Position numbers and translations under genes: made by a program
Shown: piece by piece, positions 12,400-24,621 of the stretch
Numbering within the stretch: position 1 is the stretch's first letter
Layout of the letters: each line of letters begins with the position of its first letter
The notes under the pieces: model-generated
The model's input: the letters and a program-made list of their open reading frames with translations, nothing else
Told to the model about the DNA's origin: nothing
The model's database searches: none
NCBI GenBank assembly: GCA_012295275.1
Contig: CM022665.1
Coordinates: 372,001 to 436,000 of the forward strand
Length of the DNA: 64,000 bases
Source of the DNA: Chrysomallon squamiferum
Lineage: Eukaryota > Animalia > Mollusca
Reading direction: 5' to 3'

Positions 12400-12600
12400 G
12401 CGTGGCACGTAATCTCAAAGGAGAACTCGAGGTACTGCAACTCGCCATCGATCGGATACAGTCGTTTAACCTCGACTTCCGATGACGTCACTGGATGTAA
12501 CATCCCGGAGATATCTCAGCTACGTCACTGGATATGTTTATTATATCTCCATTAACAGACAGATACTTAGATGACGTCATGAGACAAACATCCAAGTTAC
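12400..12600. promoter_or_regulatory. CpG-enriched promoter-like segment with clustered CRE sites
   Basis: Palindromic TGACGTCA at 12483-12490 and 12572-12579, half-site ACGTCA at 12522, and ETS core ACTTCCG next to the first CRE, in an otherwise CpG-poor background. Confidence 0.45.
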
Positions 12601-12697
12601 AAACATCAAGCGTACAATATGCATATTGTTGTTGTTTGCTATAATATTATTATCATTGTTTTCTTTTAAGGATAACATTTATTCATTAAACTTCTAG

Positions 12698-13431
12698 ATG
12701 TACATAATTATATGGCAGTATATTTATTCGTTATCCCACGAACCCTCTTTAACAGTAAACAAAAAAATGTACGAGAAAATAATACAGATATACATGCGAG
12801 ATCCCATAGTACATAACATACATGACACATCGAAATGTATATCGATCAAATCAGAAGAAGTCTTCTTTAACATAATAGGTTATAAATATATACAGCAGTG
12901 TATTCAAAACAATAATAAAAGTAACTACTGGTGTTCAGTCAAGTGTTTGTTCACTGGTAGATTTAATTTTTGAACAGTTTTATGATAAGAATGATACATT
13001 GTATTATTTTAGTGTTGTTCATTGTAGAAAACTGTAACAAGAAATAAAATAGTTTGAAAAAATTAAAATGTCGTGTTCTTATGTTACGAATAATATATTT
13101 CTATGTTATTATTTCCATCATCATTTTCATAATTATTATTATTATTGTTAACAAAAATTAACATTATTATTGTAATTGTTGTTGCTACTGTTATTATTAT
13201 TATCGTTATTGTTATTGTTGTTGTTGTTGATGTTATTATTGTTATTGTTGTTGCTATTGTTATTATTGTTGTTGTTTTTATTATTGTTATCAAGGACGTA
13301 TCAGATAACTTTACCATAAAATCAGCTCAGAGATATCAATGGAGTTTAACAGAAAGTGATTCCTGGGCCCACCCTTCAGGCTACGCCCTGCGATACTTGA
13401 TATACCTTACATACATTACTGAACAGTGTGC

Positions 13432-13491
<60 letters not shown>

Positions 13492-13757
13492 AAATTACAT
13501 GATCACGCTAACTAACTTTATGTATTTTGTTTGTTTGTTATTTTAAGTGTTTTACAATTACAGTTAAAATGGTTTTATTTTATAAATTACAAATGATTAT
13601 GAGGACGGGAAAGCGGGCCCATTTATCAAAAAGCTAAGTTGTTTGTTGTATTTTACATTTTATTTTTACTTCCTTTCTGCCCAAAAAATGTGTCGCATTA
13701 ATCACTTTTATTTTTCTTTACTTCTCTGATTTATTGTTCTTATTACTATTGTTGTTG

Positions 13758-13813
<56 letters not shown>

Positions 13814-13967
13814 GTTATTGTTATTATTATTATTATTATTATAATTTTAATACTTTATTTTATGTTGTTCGTCTTTCTTTTTAAATTTTCTTTCGTTGGA
13901 GATGTCACAATTAAAAATAATTAACCGATATTTTTAAAACAAGTTCAAATTACATACAATTATGTAC

Positions 13968-13999
<32 letters not shown>

Positions 14000-14194
14000 T
14001 AATAAATTACATGACCAAGCTAAATAACTTTATATATTTGTTTGTTTGTTTATTTCAAAAGGTTTACTTGTTTGTTTTTTCCTATTATATTTTCTTTTTC
14101 CTTGCTTTCTACCTTAAAAATGACTCATGTTTTTTAGTTACCTTTTTACTTTCCTTTAATTCTCTTATTTATTATTATTAACATTATTATTAAC

Positions 14195-14239
<45 letters not shown>

Positions 14240-16120
14240 TTAATACTTGGTCAAGAAACGTGTTTATTTTATATTGTTCGTCTTCCTTTTAAAAATGTTT
14301 TCGTTGGGGAAAATGTCGAAATTAAGAATAATTAACCGATGTTTTTAAAACAAGTTAAAACTGCAATACATATAACAAGGAGAGAATATCTTGTGAATAT
14401 ATATGGTTCTAATTTAAACAATACAAAGTTGTTGTTGTTGTGACGATTTTAACCATCTGAAATCACAACTAAAAATTACCAAGAACTTGAAATTATATGA
14501 TTTAAAAGATCTATTTACAAAACTGTATTCTAATCTTCTAAAATAAAAAAAAATAAAAAGAAAAAAGGAAGAAGAAGAAAAGAAAAAGGAAACTCAGTAA
14601 CAATAAAAACTTTTAAAAAAGCTATACTAGACTTATTATCTAACAATCTGATGTACAAAAAGTGTAACAGAAAATAATTATCACTTGGTCGTCTCGGTTA
14701 TACTTTTAAATTTAAACTTTAGTCAATTTAAAAGAGATGAAGTAGAGTGGGAATTTAATTATTCTTTATTATTAATTATTTATTATATAAGTAAAAAGAA
14801 AACAGAAAGCAATAAGAAAAATAACGAGTCTGTACGCTGTGCCAGTCTATAACTTAGAAGACTTAGATTTGCAACCCCGAAAGATTATAACAAGTTTTCT
14901 ATCAAAAGTCAATTTAGAAATATTACTAATGTAAATAAGAGCGTAAGCTCATCTTTATCTGTATTTAAGAAAAAAAAAAAAATAATAAAATATAAATAAA
15001 TAAATAATGTTTGCGCCTACGTCAACTTTTACTAGAATAAAATATAATGTACTCAGGTAAATAAAAAAATAAAAAAAATAAGTTAAGTTAAATTAAATTA
15101 AATTAAACTAAATTAAATTAAATTATATTTGTTGCCTAGATTATGATATTTTCTTACTAGCGGTTCAAAGTCGCCAAGTTTGTTTATATCACTTTGTACA
15201 CGTAATTTCAGTCACGTGATCGTTCCGACATAGAAACGACCGACACACATAGAAACGACCCATCTAATGAATCGAGGTGTCTGAGCTGTTCTTTACGGAA
15301 ATAATTTGATTCGGAATTTAGGTAAGTTTACAAAAAATTTAATAACGGGTTTATGTATCTAGTAAGTTATGATATTATTCTCTATAGCAGTTAGATTTCT
15401 GGAATGTTAACAAGTTTATTTATATCACTTTTGTACACGTAATTTGAAAACGTGATCGTTACGAGGTCGAGAAAACCCGTATACATTGTGTTGTCATTTT
15501 TAATATATCGAAGAGTTTGAGCTGTTCTTTATAGAAACAATGTTACTAGGAATTTAAGTAAGTTTACAAAACTTTTAACAACAGTTTTCTGTAATAATTT
15601 ATGCCTGTAAATATATATTTATTTCGGTAGATAGATTTATGTTTTTTTTAAATGTATGAAACTGATTTTAACTTTACTTCCTTGTTTACTTTGTGTAAAT
15701 TTCCACAGCTAATAACGAAGCTTTTCTCGTCGATTTTATTCGATTCAGTGAGTGACGTAAAACATGTGTTTTAAAGGTAATAGGCACGTAGAACTTGGAT
15801 TTAGTTAATAGTTTAATAACATGACCTGTGCTTGAAATAATAATTAGGTTTTAACATATATTATTATATTCAGATAATTTGTTACAAACGGCACTAGAAG
15901 GTCATAACTTTTGACCCGTTTCTGTCCCTAGACTTTTGAATATCATTTTTTATTAATAGGAGTTTATAGTGTAAATGCTAAGACAAATATTTAATATTAT
16001 TAGATTAATGTTGCTAACTTTATAAAATATTTCCGTGTTATTTCTTTCGTTTCTGAAACCGAAACCGAAACCTCTGTTGCTTACAACGGACTAAAATATT
16101 TCCGGGAACGTTCGAGAACT
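12698..16120 (+). repeat. Outer inverted segmental duplication, left arm (upstream region of IAP-B); partner about 60445-63973
   Basis: Colinear reverse-complement matches, e.g. near-identical ORF translations 13084..13317(-) and 63347..63580(+); 16095-16119 matches 60447-60471. Confidence 0.9.
15180..16120 (+). promoter_or_regulatory. Putative IAP-B promoter/first-exon regulatory module
   Basis: E-box GTCACGTGAT (15211), donor tttag|GTAAGT (15322), ACTTCCTTGTTTAC FOX:ETS-like (15677), TGACGTAA (15753), GAAACCGAAACCGAAAC ISRE (16055-16071), TTCCGGGAA GAS (16100-16108), GAAcgTTCgaGAA HSE (16106-16118). Confidence 0.55.
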
Positions 16121-16401
16121 GTGTATATAATTATTTACCACAGATTTAATTCATTTGAAAGGAACCCATCTTCTCCTGCAGGAATTTTCTGAGCTTGTCA
16201 GTGACATTCTCCGACAAACAAAGTAAGACGAGTCAGATAAATATGTATTCATTTGAATATCAGATTCAAGATCTCAAACAGAAAATTTGTGAATAATATT
16301 TACAGCTATAAAATGTCAGTAGTACAATGCTAAACAGGCTAGCTGGAAATAGGCTCCATTGATGTTAATTTTATAATGTTTATTTTAATTTCATATTACA
16401 G

Positions 16402-16515
16402 AACGTAGAGATCTAAAAGATAAACAGAGGAAAATGGGAATATCAAACTGTCCGTGGACGCTGCACTACAGTACAAAGTCACTAAAAATGAAAAACACAA
16501 GAGATTCATCTAGAG
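16402..16515 (+). CDS. IAP-B candidate upstream cassette exon, type alpha, 114 nt, phase 1-1 (RRDLKDKQRKMGISNCPWTLHYSTKSLKMKNTRDSSR); candidate ATG at 16434
   Basis: catattacag| acceptor, gag|gtaaat donor; only the phase-1 frame is open. Confidence 0.5.
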
Positions 16516-17726
16516 GTAAATTTTTTAGTTTAATGTTTTCTTAACTGTGATGAAAGAACACATTGTTTTGTTTGATAAATTGTAATTTATAAACTGAATG
16601 TTATCAGATCAAACTGGTAGTCATTTCAGCAGCAATTTACTTTTGAATAAGAACATAACTGTCTAATTTTACTCTGGAAGGATGTCTTAGTTGAGGACCG
16701 TTAAGGGTTTCTTCTGTTGTCTACTTTGTTTTTAAATGTAAAACTTAGTTTTTGATGAAAATTATTTCATTTATTTGATTTTGTTTTTGTATCTTATTAA
16801 TTTGATAAGACATGTACCACACAAACATTTAATTTTGTGCGTAGAAATCCTTTCTAAATAATAAAAGGCCTCAGTTTTAATCATCAAACTTAAAATCACT
16901 GCTGGCTTCTTTTAATATGAATGTTTTTATTTTTAAATTTGCCATATTCAACATGTTTAAATTAAATATGTATCTTAATTATACATTCACATGTACTGAA
17001 CTTTACAGTATATGTTTATCTTAGAATTTTATTAATTCAGCAATGACATTTGGATGTAGGTGCTTAATGACAAATAGTTGTATCAGGATTGAATATCACC
17101 TCTAAATTGTTGATAATTTATGAAAAACTTCATTTACATGAATAATAATAAACAAACGCTCAGTCTATTTTGTTTTCAACTGAGCTCTGATACTTTAGAA
17201 GTATCTTAATTATTCATTCACGTTTCGAAATTTATAGAAAATGTTCATCTTACAGATTTATTAATTCAGCAGTGACATCTGCACGTAACTGCTTAATGGC
17301 AAATAGCTGTATCAGTTGCAGGAGTAGTTGCTAAATACGCTAGTTAGCTACTTCTAAAAAAGGTTGAGAAGTAAATCTTTGCTACAAAGTGGTTTTCTCA
17401 CTTTTTCTATGGAATATTTAGTTAGCTGTTTTTAACAACACATGACTGTTAAAGACAGCAGTTTTGGAAGTATCATATCGGGATGTATTCATTGTCTTCT
17501 CAAGAAATGTTTGTCAATTTGTCAAAGTGAAAACTTCCAGTAAAGAATGAAAATCAACCAAAACAAATACGAACATTCGTATTAGTTTTAGCGACTTATT
17601 TTAGTGAAAATTTGTAAATAATCTTTACTGCGATAAAATGTCAGTAGTACAATGCTAAACAGGCTAGCTGGAAATAGGCTCCATTGATGTTAATTTTATA
17701 ATGTTTATTTTAATTTCATATTACAG

Positions 17727-17840
17727 AACGTAGAGATCTAAAAGATAAACAGAGGAAAATGGGAATATCAAACTGTCCGTGGACGCTGCACTACAGTACA
17801 AAGTCACTAAAAATGAAAAACACAAGAGATTCATCTAGAG
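17727..17840 (+). CDS. Duplicate of cassette exon 16402-16515
   Basis: Same exon sequence and splice sites within the 1325-bp duplication. Confidence 0.45.
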
Positions 17841-19602
17841 GTAAATTTTTTAGTTTAATGTTTTCTTAACTGTGATGAAAGAACACATTGTTTTGTTTGA
17901 TAAATTGTAATTTATAAACTGAATGTTATCAGATCAAACTGGTAGTAATTTCAGCAGCAATTTACTTTTGAACAAGAACATAACTGTCTAATTCTACTCT
18001 GGAAGGATGTCTTAGTTGAGGACCGTTAAGGGTTTCTTCTGTTGTCTACTTTGTTTTTAAATGTAAAACTTAGTTTTTGATGAAAATTATTTCATTTATT
18101 TGATTTTGTTTTTGTATCTTATTAATTTGATAAGACATGTACCACACAAACATTTAATTTTGTGCGTAGAAATCCTTTCTAAATAATAAAAGGCCTCAGT
18201 TTTAATCATCAAACTTAAAATCACTGCTGGCTTCTTTTAATATGAATGTTTTTATTTTTAAATTTGCCATATTCAACATGTTTAAATTAAATATGTATCT
18301 TAATTATACATTCACATGTACTGAACTTTACAGTATATGTTTATCTTAGAATTTTATTAATTCAGCAATGACATTTGGATGTAGGTGCTTAATGACAAAT
18401 AGTTGTATCAGGATTGAATATCACCTCTAAATTGTTGATAATTTATGAAAAACTTCATTTACATGAATAATAATAAACAAACGCTCAGTCTATTTTGTTT
18501 TCAACTGAGCTCTGATACTTTAGAAGTATCTTAATTATTCATTCACGTTTCGAAATTTATAGAAAATGTTCATCTTACAGATTTATTAATTCAGCAGTGA
18601 CATCTGCACGTAACTGCTTAATGGCAAATAGCTGTATCAGTTGCAGGAATGGTTGCTAAATACGCTAGTTAGCTACTTCTAAAAAAGGTTGAGAAGTAAA
18701 TCTTTGCTACAAAGTGGTTTTCTCACTTTTTCTATGGAATATTTAGTTAGCTGTTTTTAACAACACATGACTGTTAAAGACAGCAGTTTTGGAAGTATCA
18801 TATCGGGATGTATTTATTGTCTTCTCAAGAAATGTTTGTCAATTTGTCAAAGTGAAAACTTCTAGTAAAGAAAGAAAACCAAGCAATACAAATAGAGCAT
18901 TCGTATTAGTTTTAGCGACATATTTTAGTGAAAATTTGTAAATAATCTTTACTGCGATAAAAAACCAATAATGATACTCGACAATGCAAAAAATGTTTAT
19001 CTTTATTTATGTTACTGAAATTACAGATGTAACAGAGGAATCAGTAAAGCGACAGTTGATCTGAACTATTGTAAAAAGTTAGAAAGTGTGAAAGACTGGT
19101 GTAAATAACATATATATATAATTATTTGTTAACTTTCTTTTCTAACTGCGGTAAAACAACGTACTTGCTGGTGAATGGGTGTTACTTTAATATTTTAAGC
19201 AAAACTCTAATGATTTTCAATAATAATGTCTAAAACAAGTCACGAACAAGTTTATGTTTATTAATAAAATGACAGAAGAATGCAAATCAGGTTTAATCAA
19301 TTTCAAAGGAATCCAATGTCTCCTGAAGGAATTAAGTAAACTTGTCAGAGAAATTATCCAATAAAAAAAGAAAATCGAGTAATATAAATTTGATTCATAA
19401 AATATGGATAGGTATTAATTTCAATATCTTGTATAGTTTATCAGATCCAAGATATCAAACAGAAAATTTGTTAATACTATTTGGTGTTATAAAATGTCAG
19501 TAGTATTTTTCTTTACAATGCTAAACAGGCTTCCTGGAAATAGGGTCACCCACAATTGAGTGATTTGAATTTTTAAATGTTTATTTTAATTTCATATTAC
19601 AG

Positions 19603-19710
19603 AACGTAGAAATGAAAAATATTACCTGAGGAAGAAGGAAATATCACAATTCACATGGGAAATGTCGAATAGTACATATTCAATAAAGCTGACAAAGACA
19701 AGTAATTCAG
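19603..19710 (+). CDS. Diverged type-alpha cassette exon, 108 nt, phase 1-1 (RRNEKYYLRKKEISQFTWEMSNSTYSIKLTKTSNS)
   Basis: Same acceptor context (catattacag|aacgtaga), donor cag|gtaaat; frame open despite many substitutions. Confidence 0.5.
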
Positions 19711-20762
19711 GTAAATTTCTGAGTTTAATGATTTCTCAATTGTGGTGAAAAACACAAAATGTTGATAAGTTGTAATTTACAAACTGAACGAAATCAGATC
19801 AAACTTTTAGTTCAGTAAATTTAGCAGCAGTTAACTTTTTAAGAAGAACACAACTATCTAATTCGTGGTTTGGAACGTGGTTTGGAGGAGTTTTAAAGAT
19901 TTCCTTTTCATTGTCTATTTTGTTTTCAAGTGAACTCTGATACCGTAAATGTATGTTAATTATACATTCACATGTTTCGAAATTTATAGTAAATGTATAT
20001 CTTACAGTTTTATTAATACAGCAGTAACATATGGAGGTAGCTGCTCAATGTCAGCACTGAATATCGCCTTTGAATAGTTTATATTTATGACAAGCTTCAT
20101 TTACATCAATAATAATATACAAACTTTCAGTACAGCTTTGTAGTTTACAATTCAGCAGAACACACAGACTACGCTAGAATTAACTTTGATTTACATTACA
20201 ACATTGCAAACGCAGACGTCATAGTGACAAACACTGAGCAGGTTGATAATTTATATCTACAGGATTTTGACACCAGTATATTTCACCAAGTATGTAATGA
20301 TTAACATGCAGATTCTTGTTACTTTATTTTCATGTCTAACAATATAAATTTTTATTTGTGTGTTTAGCTTTTACGTATTAAAATTCGAGTATGTATGAGT
20401 AGTTACCAAATACTTTAGATATATACTTCTACTAAACTTATCTAAGTATATTTTTGTTACAAAGTGGTTTTCTCATGTTTTCAGTGAAACATTGTGAAAC
20501 ACAAAGAGTTTTAAAGACAGCAGTTTTGAAAGTGTCCTATCGGGTTGTATTCATTGTCTTCTTAAGAAATGTGTATCAGGTTGATAAAGTGAAAACTTCC
20601 AGTAAAGAAAGAAAATCAACCAAAACAAATACGAGCATTTGTATTAGTTTTAGCGACTTATTTTAGTGAAAATTTGTAAATAATCTTTACTGCGATAAAA
20701 AGCCAGGGATATTACTCGACAATGCCAGAAATGTTTATCTTTATTTATGACTGAAATTACAG

Positions 20763-20846
20763 ATGTAACAGAGGAATCACAGAAAAGTCAGTTGACGGAG
20801 AAGTTTTGTAACAAATCAGAAACAGTGAAAGACAAGTGTAATTCAG
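20763..20846 (+). CDS. Type-beta cassette exon, 84 nt, phase 1-1 (VTEESQKSQLTEKFCNKSETVKDKCNS)
   Basis: ctgaaattacag| acceptor, cag|gtacat donor; open frame. Related degenerate copies start at 19027, 21025 and 21777. Confidence 0.5.
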
Positions 20847-22464
20847 GTACATAATTATTTGTTAACTTTCTTTTCTAGGTGTTATAAAACAACGTACTTT
20901 CTGATGAATGGGTGTTACTTTTTTAGCGAAAATTTGTAAATAATTTTTAGTGCCTTAAAACCCCAGTGATATAACTCGACAGCAGCAGAAATGTTTATAT
21001 TTATTTATATTGGTGAAATTATAGAACAAAGAGAGGAATCGATGAAGAGTCAGTGAAGATTGTTGTAAATTGTTATCACCATCACCATCATCATCATCAT
21101 CATTATTATTATCATTATTATTATTTTTTATTTATTTATTTATTTATTTGTTTGTTGTTTTACCAACAGCAAATGTGTCTACATTTCCATCTTAATGTTG
21201 CATTTGATCATAAGTGCCAAACTCTCCTAAAAGTAGTTCGGCAATAAAATACTGACATTTTGTAATCTGAGTAGCTTATAGGACCCTATCACGTGTATCT
21301 TTTAATATATTTTATATTTTATCAGATTCAAGATATGAAACAGAAAATCGAGTGATATAAATTTGATTAATAAAATATGTATACGTATTAATTTTAATAT
21401 CTTGTATAGTTTATCAGATTCAAGATATCAAACGGAAAATTTGTGAATAAATATTTGCTGTTATAAAATGTCAGTAGTATTTTTTACAATGCTAAACAGC
21501 TTCCTGGAAAGAGGGTCACCCACACTCCACTGATGTTAATTTTAAAATATTTATTTTAAATTTCATATTTACTGAAATGAAGTAAGAAAAATTGAAAGAT
21601 TAAAGTTCGCAAGGCAAGACAAGAAAATCAACCAATGCAATTATCTGCTGTCATATTAATTTTAGTGACTTTTTTAATGAAAATTTATAAATAATTTTTA
21701 GTGCCGTAAAACGCCAGTAATATTACTCGACAGCAGCAGAAATGTTTATCTTTATTTATGTTACTGAAAATTGCAGATCTAACAGATAAGTTAGTGAAGA
21801 ATCGGTTCATGCTGAACCGTTGTATAGAATCAGAAAGATGTAATTATTTGTAAACTTTCTTTTCTAACTGTGATTAAACAATGTGATTTTACTAAAGGTA
21901 ATAAATAGATTGTTACGATTTATTATCATTATTATTATTATTATTTATTTATTTATTTTTGGTTTGTTGTTTTACCAGCAGCAAGTGCGTTTTAAAGAAT
22001 GCATAAATACAGGGTCTCAATTTCCATCTTAATGTTGCATTTAACTATAACAGCCAATCTTGCTTCTAAAAGGAGTTCGGCCATAAAATATTCATATTTT
22101 GTAATCTGATTAGCTCAAAGGACCCCACCACGTGTATCTTTCAATAAATATACAAACATCAACATCTATAACGTATTTAACTAGTGCACATGTATCAACG
22201 ACTTTAGCAACACTGGAATGCTGTAAGGGTATTATACTGACCTGTATCAAAATTCGTCAAAAACAGTAATCTCAGAACTTCATTAATGTCCTGGTTTCGT
22301 TGTCAGAACGTTTATCTGTCTATGACTGTGCATTCTACTAATCTGAATAACGACCACATGAGAAAATAAGATGAAAACATAATAATTTTCTTATAATCGA
22401 AAACTGATGTTAATTCTTAAATTTTAAATAATTTTTTTTTCTTTTTTTTTTTCTGAAATAACAG

Positions 22465-23690
22465 AACAGCTGAGTGAAGAGACAGAACAGTTGAGTGAAG
22501 AGACAGAACAGTTGAGTGAAGCGATAGAACACCTGAGTGAAGAGACAGAACAGTTGAGTGAACAGACACAACAGCTGAGAAGTTATGAGACAGAACAGTT
22601 GAGTGAAGAGAGAGAACAGTTGAGGAGTGAAGAGACAGAACAACTGAGAAGCGATGAGACAGAACAGCTGAGAAATGATGAGAGAGAACAGCTGAGAAGT
22701 GATGAGAGAGAACAGCTGAGAAGTTACGAGACAGAACAGCTGAGAAGTGATGAGACAGAACAGTTGAGTGAAGAGACAGAACAGCTGAGAAGTGAAGAGA
22801 CAAAACAGTTGAGAAGTGATGAGACAGAACAGTTGAGTGAAGAGACAGAACAGTTGAGTGAAGAGACAGAACAGCTGAGAAGTAACGAGACAGAACAGTT
22901 GAGTGAAGAGACAGAACAGCTGAGTGAAGAGACAGAACAGCTTAGAATTGATGAGAGAGAAGAGTTGAGAAGTGATGAGACAGAACAGTTGAGTGAAGAG
23001 ACAGAACAGGTGAGAAGTGAAGAGACAGAACAGCTGAGAAGTGATGAGACAGAAGAGTTGAGTGAAGAGACAGAACAACTGAGAAGTGATGAGACAGAAC
23101 AGTTGAGTGAAGAGACAGAACAGGTGACAAGTGATGAGAGAGAACAGCTGAGAAGTGACGAGACAGAACAGTTGATTGAAGAGACAGAACAGCTTAGAAC
23201 TGATGAGAGAGAAGAGTTGAGTGAAGAGACAGAACAGCTGAGAAGTGATGAGACAGAACAGCTGAGTGAAGAGACAGAACAGCTGAGTGAAGAGACAGAA
23301 CAGCTTAGAACTGATGAGAGAGAAGAGTTGAGAAGTGATGAGACAGAACAGTTGAGCGAAGAGACAGAACAGTTGAGCGAAGAGACAGAACAGCTGAGAA
23401 GTGATGAGAGAGAACAGTTGAGTGAAGAGACAGAACAGCTGAAAAGTGATGAGACAGAACAGCTGAGAAGTGAAGAGATCGAACAGCTGAGAAGTGATGA
23501 GACAGAACAGCTGAGAAGTGAAGAGAGAGAACAGCTGAGAAGTGAAGAGACAGAACAGCTGAGAAGTGAAGAGAGAGAACAGCTGAGAAGTGAAGAGACA
23601 GAACAGCTGAGAAGTGATGAGAGAGAACAGCTGAGAAGTGAAGAGACAGAACAGCTGAGAAATGATGAGACAGAACAGTTGAGAAATGAT
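22465..23690 (+). repeat. Coding minisatellite of interspersed 21-bp (LSEETEQ) and 24-bp (LRSDETEQ) units
   Basis: Directly visible in DNA and translation. Confidence 0.96.
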
Positions 23691-24621
23691 GAATTATGGA
23701 CAGAACATTCAGACATTGTCAGATACAGGAAGGAGTGGGACCGATATGCGTCTTACTTACGATTTTCTCTAACCTCAGCCTGGCCAAGTGGTCTTGCAGC
23801 TGCTGGATTCTACTACACTGGGACTGGTGATCGCGTTGTCTGCTTCAGCTGTGGTCAGAGCTATGATCACTGGAGAGCCGGAGAAATCCCAATAGAAATT
23901 CACGGACAAATCTCTCCAAGCTGCAGATTTGTCCTGGGAGAGGAAGAAAATGAACCGATTCGGGTAAGTGAGAATGCTGAGCAGATTGTACAAGAATTCC
24001 TGGGCAGATTAACTGTCAGTTCAGTGTTACCAGCTGTTCAAAGTGAAACACTTCGTAATCGGAGCGAATCTGAAAGTTCAGTTATTGACAATGAACTGTT
24101 TGGAGTCTCTGAAACACCAAGAAATAACGTCGACGACATCGTTACCTCTGTTGGTCATGAAAATATTGACATATCTGCTGTTAGTTTGACTGGAACTCTA
24201 GCATCAGCTACTAATACCAGCTGTATGCCTACATTTACTGTTTATATTTGTAGTATACCCTCAAGCACTGTTTCATCTACATCTACTGTTAATATCAGTG
24301 ATATGGCTACAAATACTGTTTCACTTCCTGATAATGCTGCAGTTCTTTCTTTTACCGGTCAGAGTTCTGTCAGTGGTGGTGCTGTTGCCTCTAATGATTC
24401 TCATCAAAGTTCTTCGCAGCTCAGTCTCAGTAATTTACCAATCCTTCAGCTGTCCGGTTTTCTGTCTGGAAGCTCCTCTACATCAGCCCTGGGATTGCAT
24501 GCAGCACATCACATGGACTATGTCAACGTACAACGACGTATTTCGTCTTTTGAACATCGATGGCCACATCCTGACAACCATTCTTCGAGAGAACTGGCAG
24601 AAGCCGGTTTCTTCTTCTCTG
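22465..24621 (+). CDS. IAP-B large exon: mixed hepta/octapeptide acidic repeats, BIR1 (about 23724-23933), Ser/Thr-rich linker, first half of BIR2
   Basis: ORF 22491..24626; acceptor ctgaaataacag| after a long T tract; donor tctg|gttagt. Confidence 0.9.

Larger units (their letters stand above)
16309..18960 (+). repeat. Near-identical 1325-bp tandem duplication containing one exon
   Basis: aaatgtcagtagtac at 16311 and 17636; a few substitutions between copies; junction microhomology ataaaa. Confidence 0.93.
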
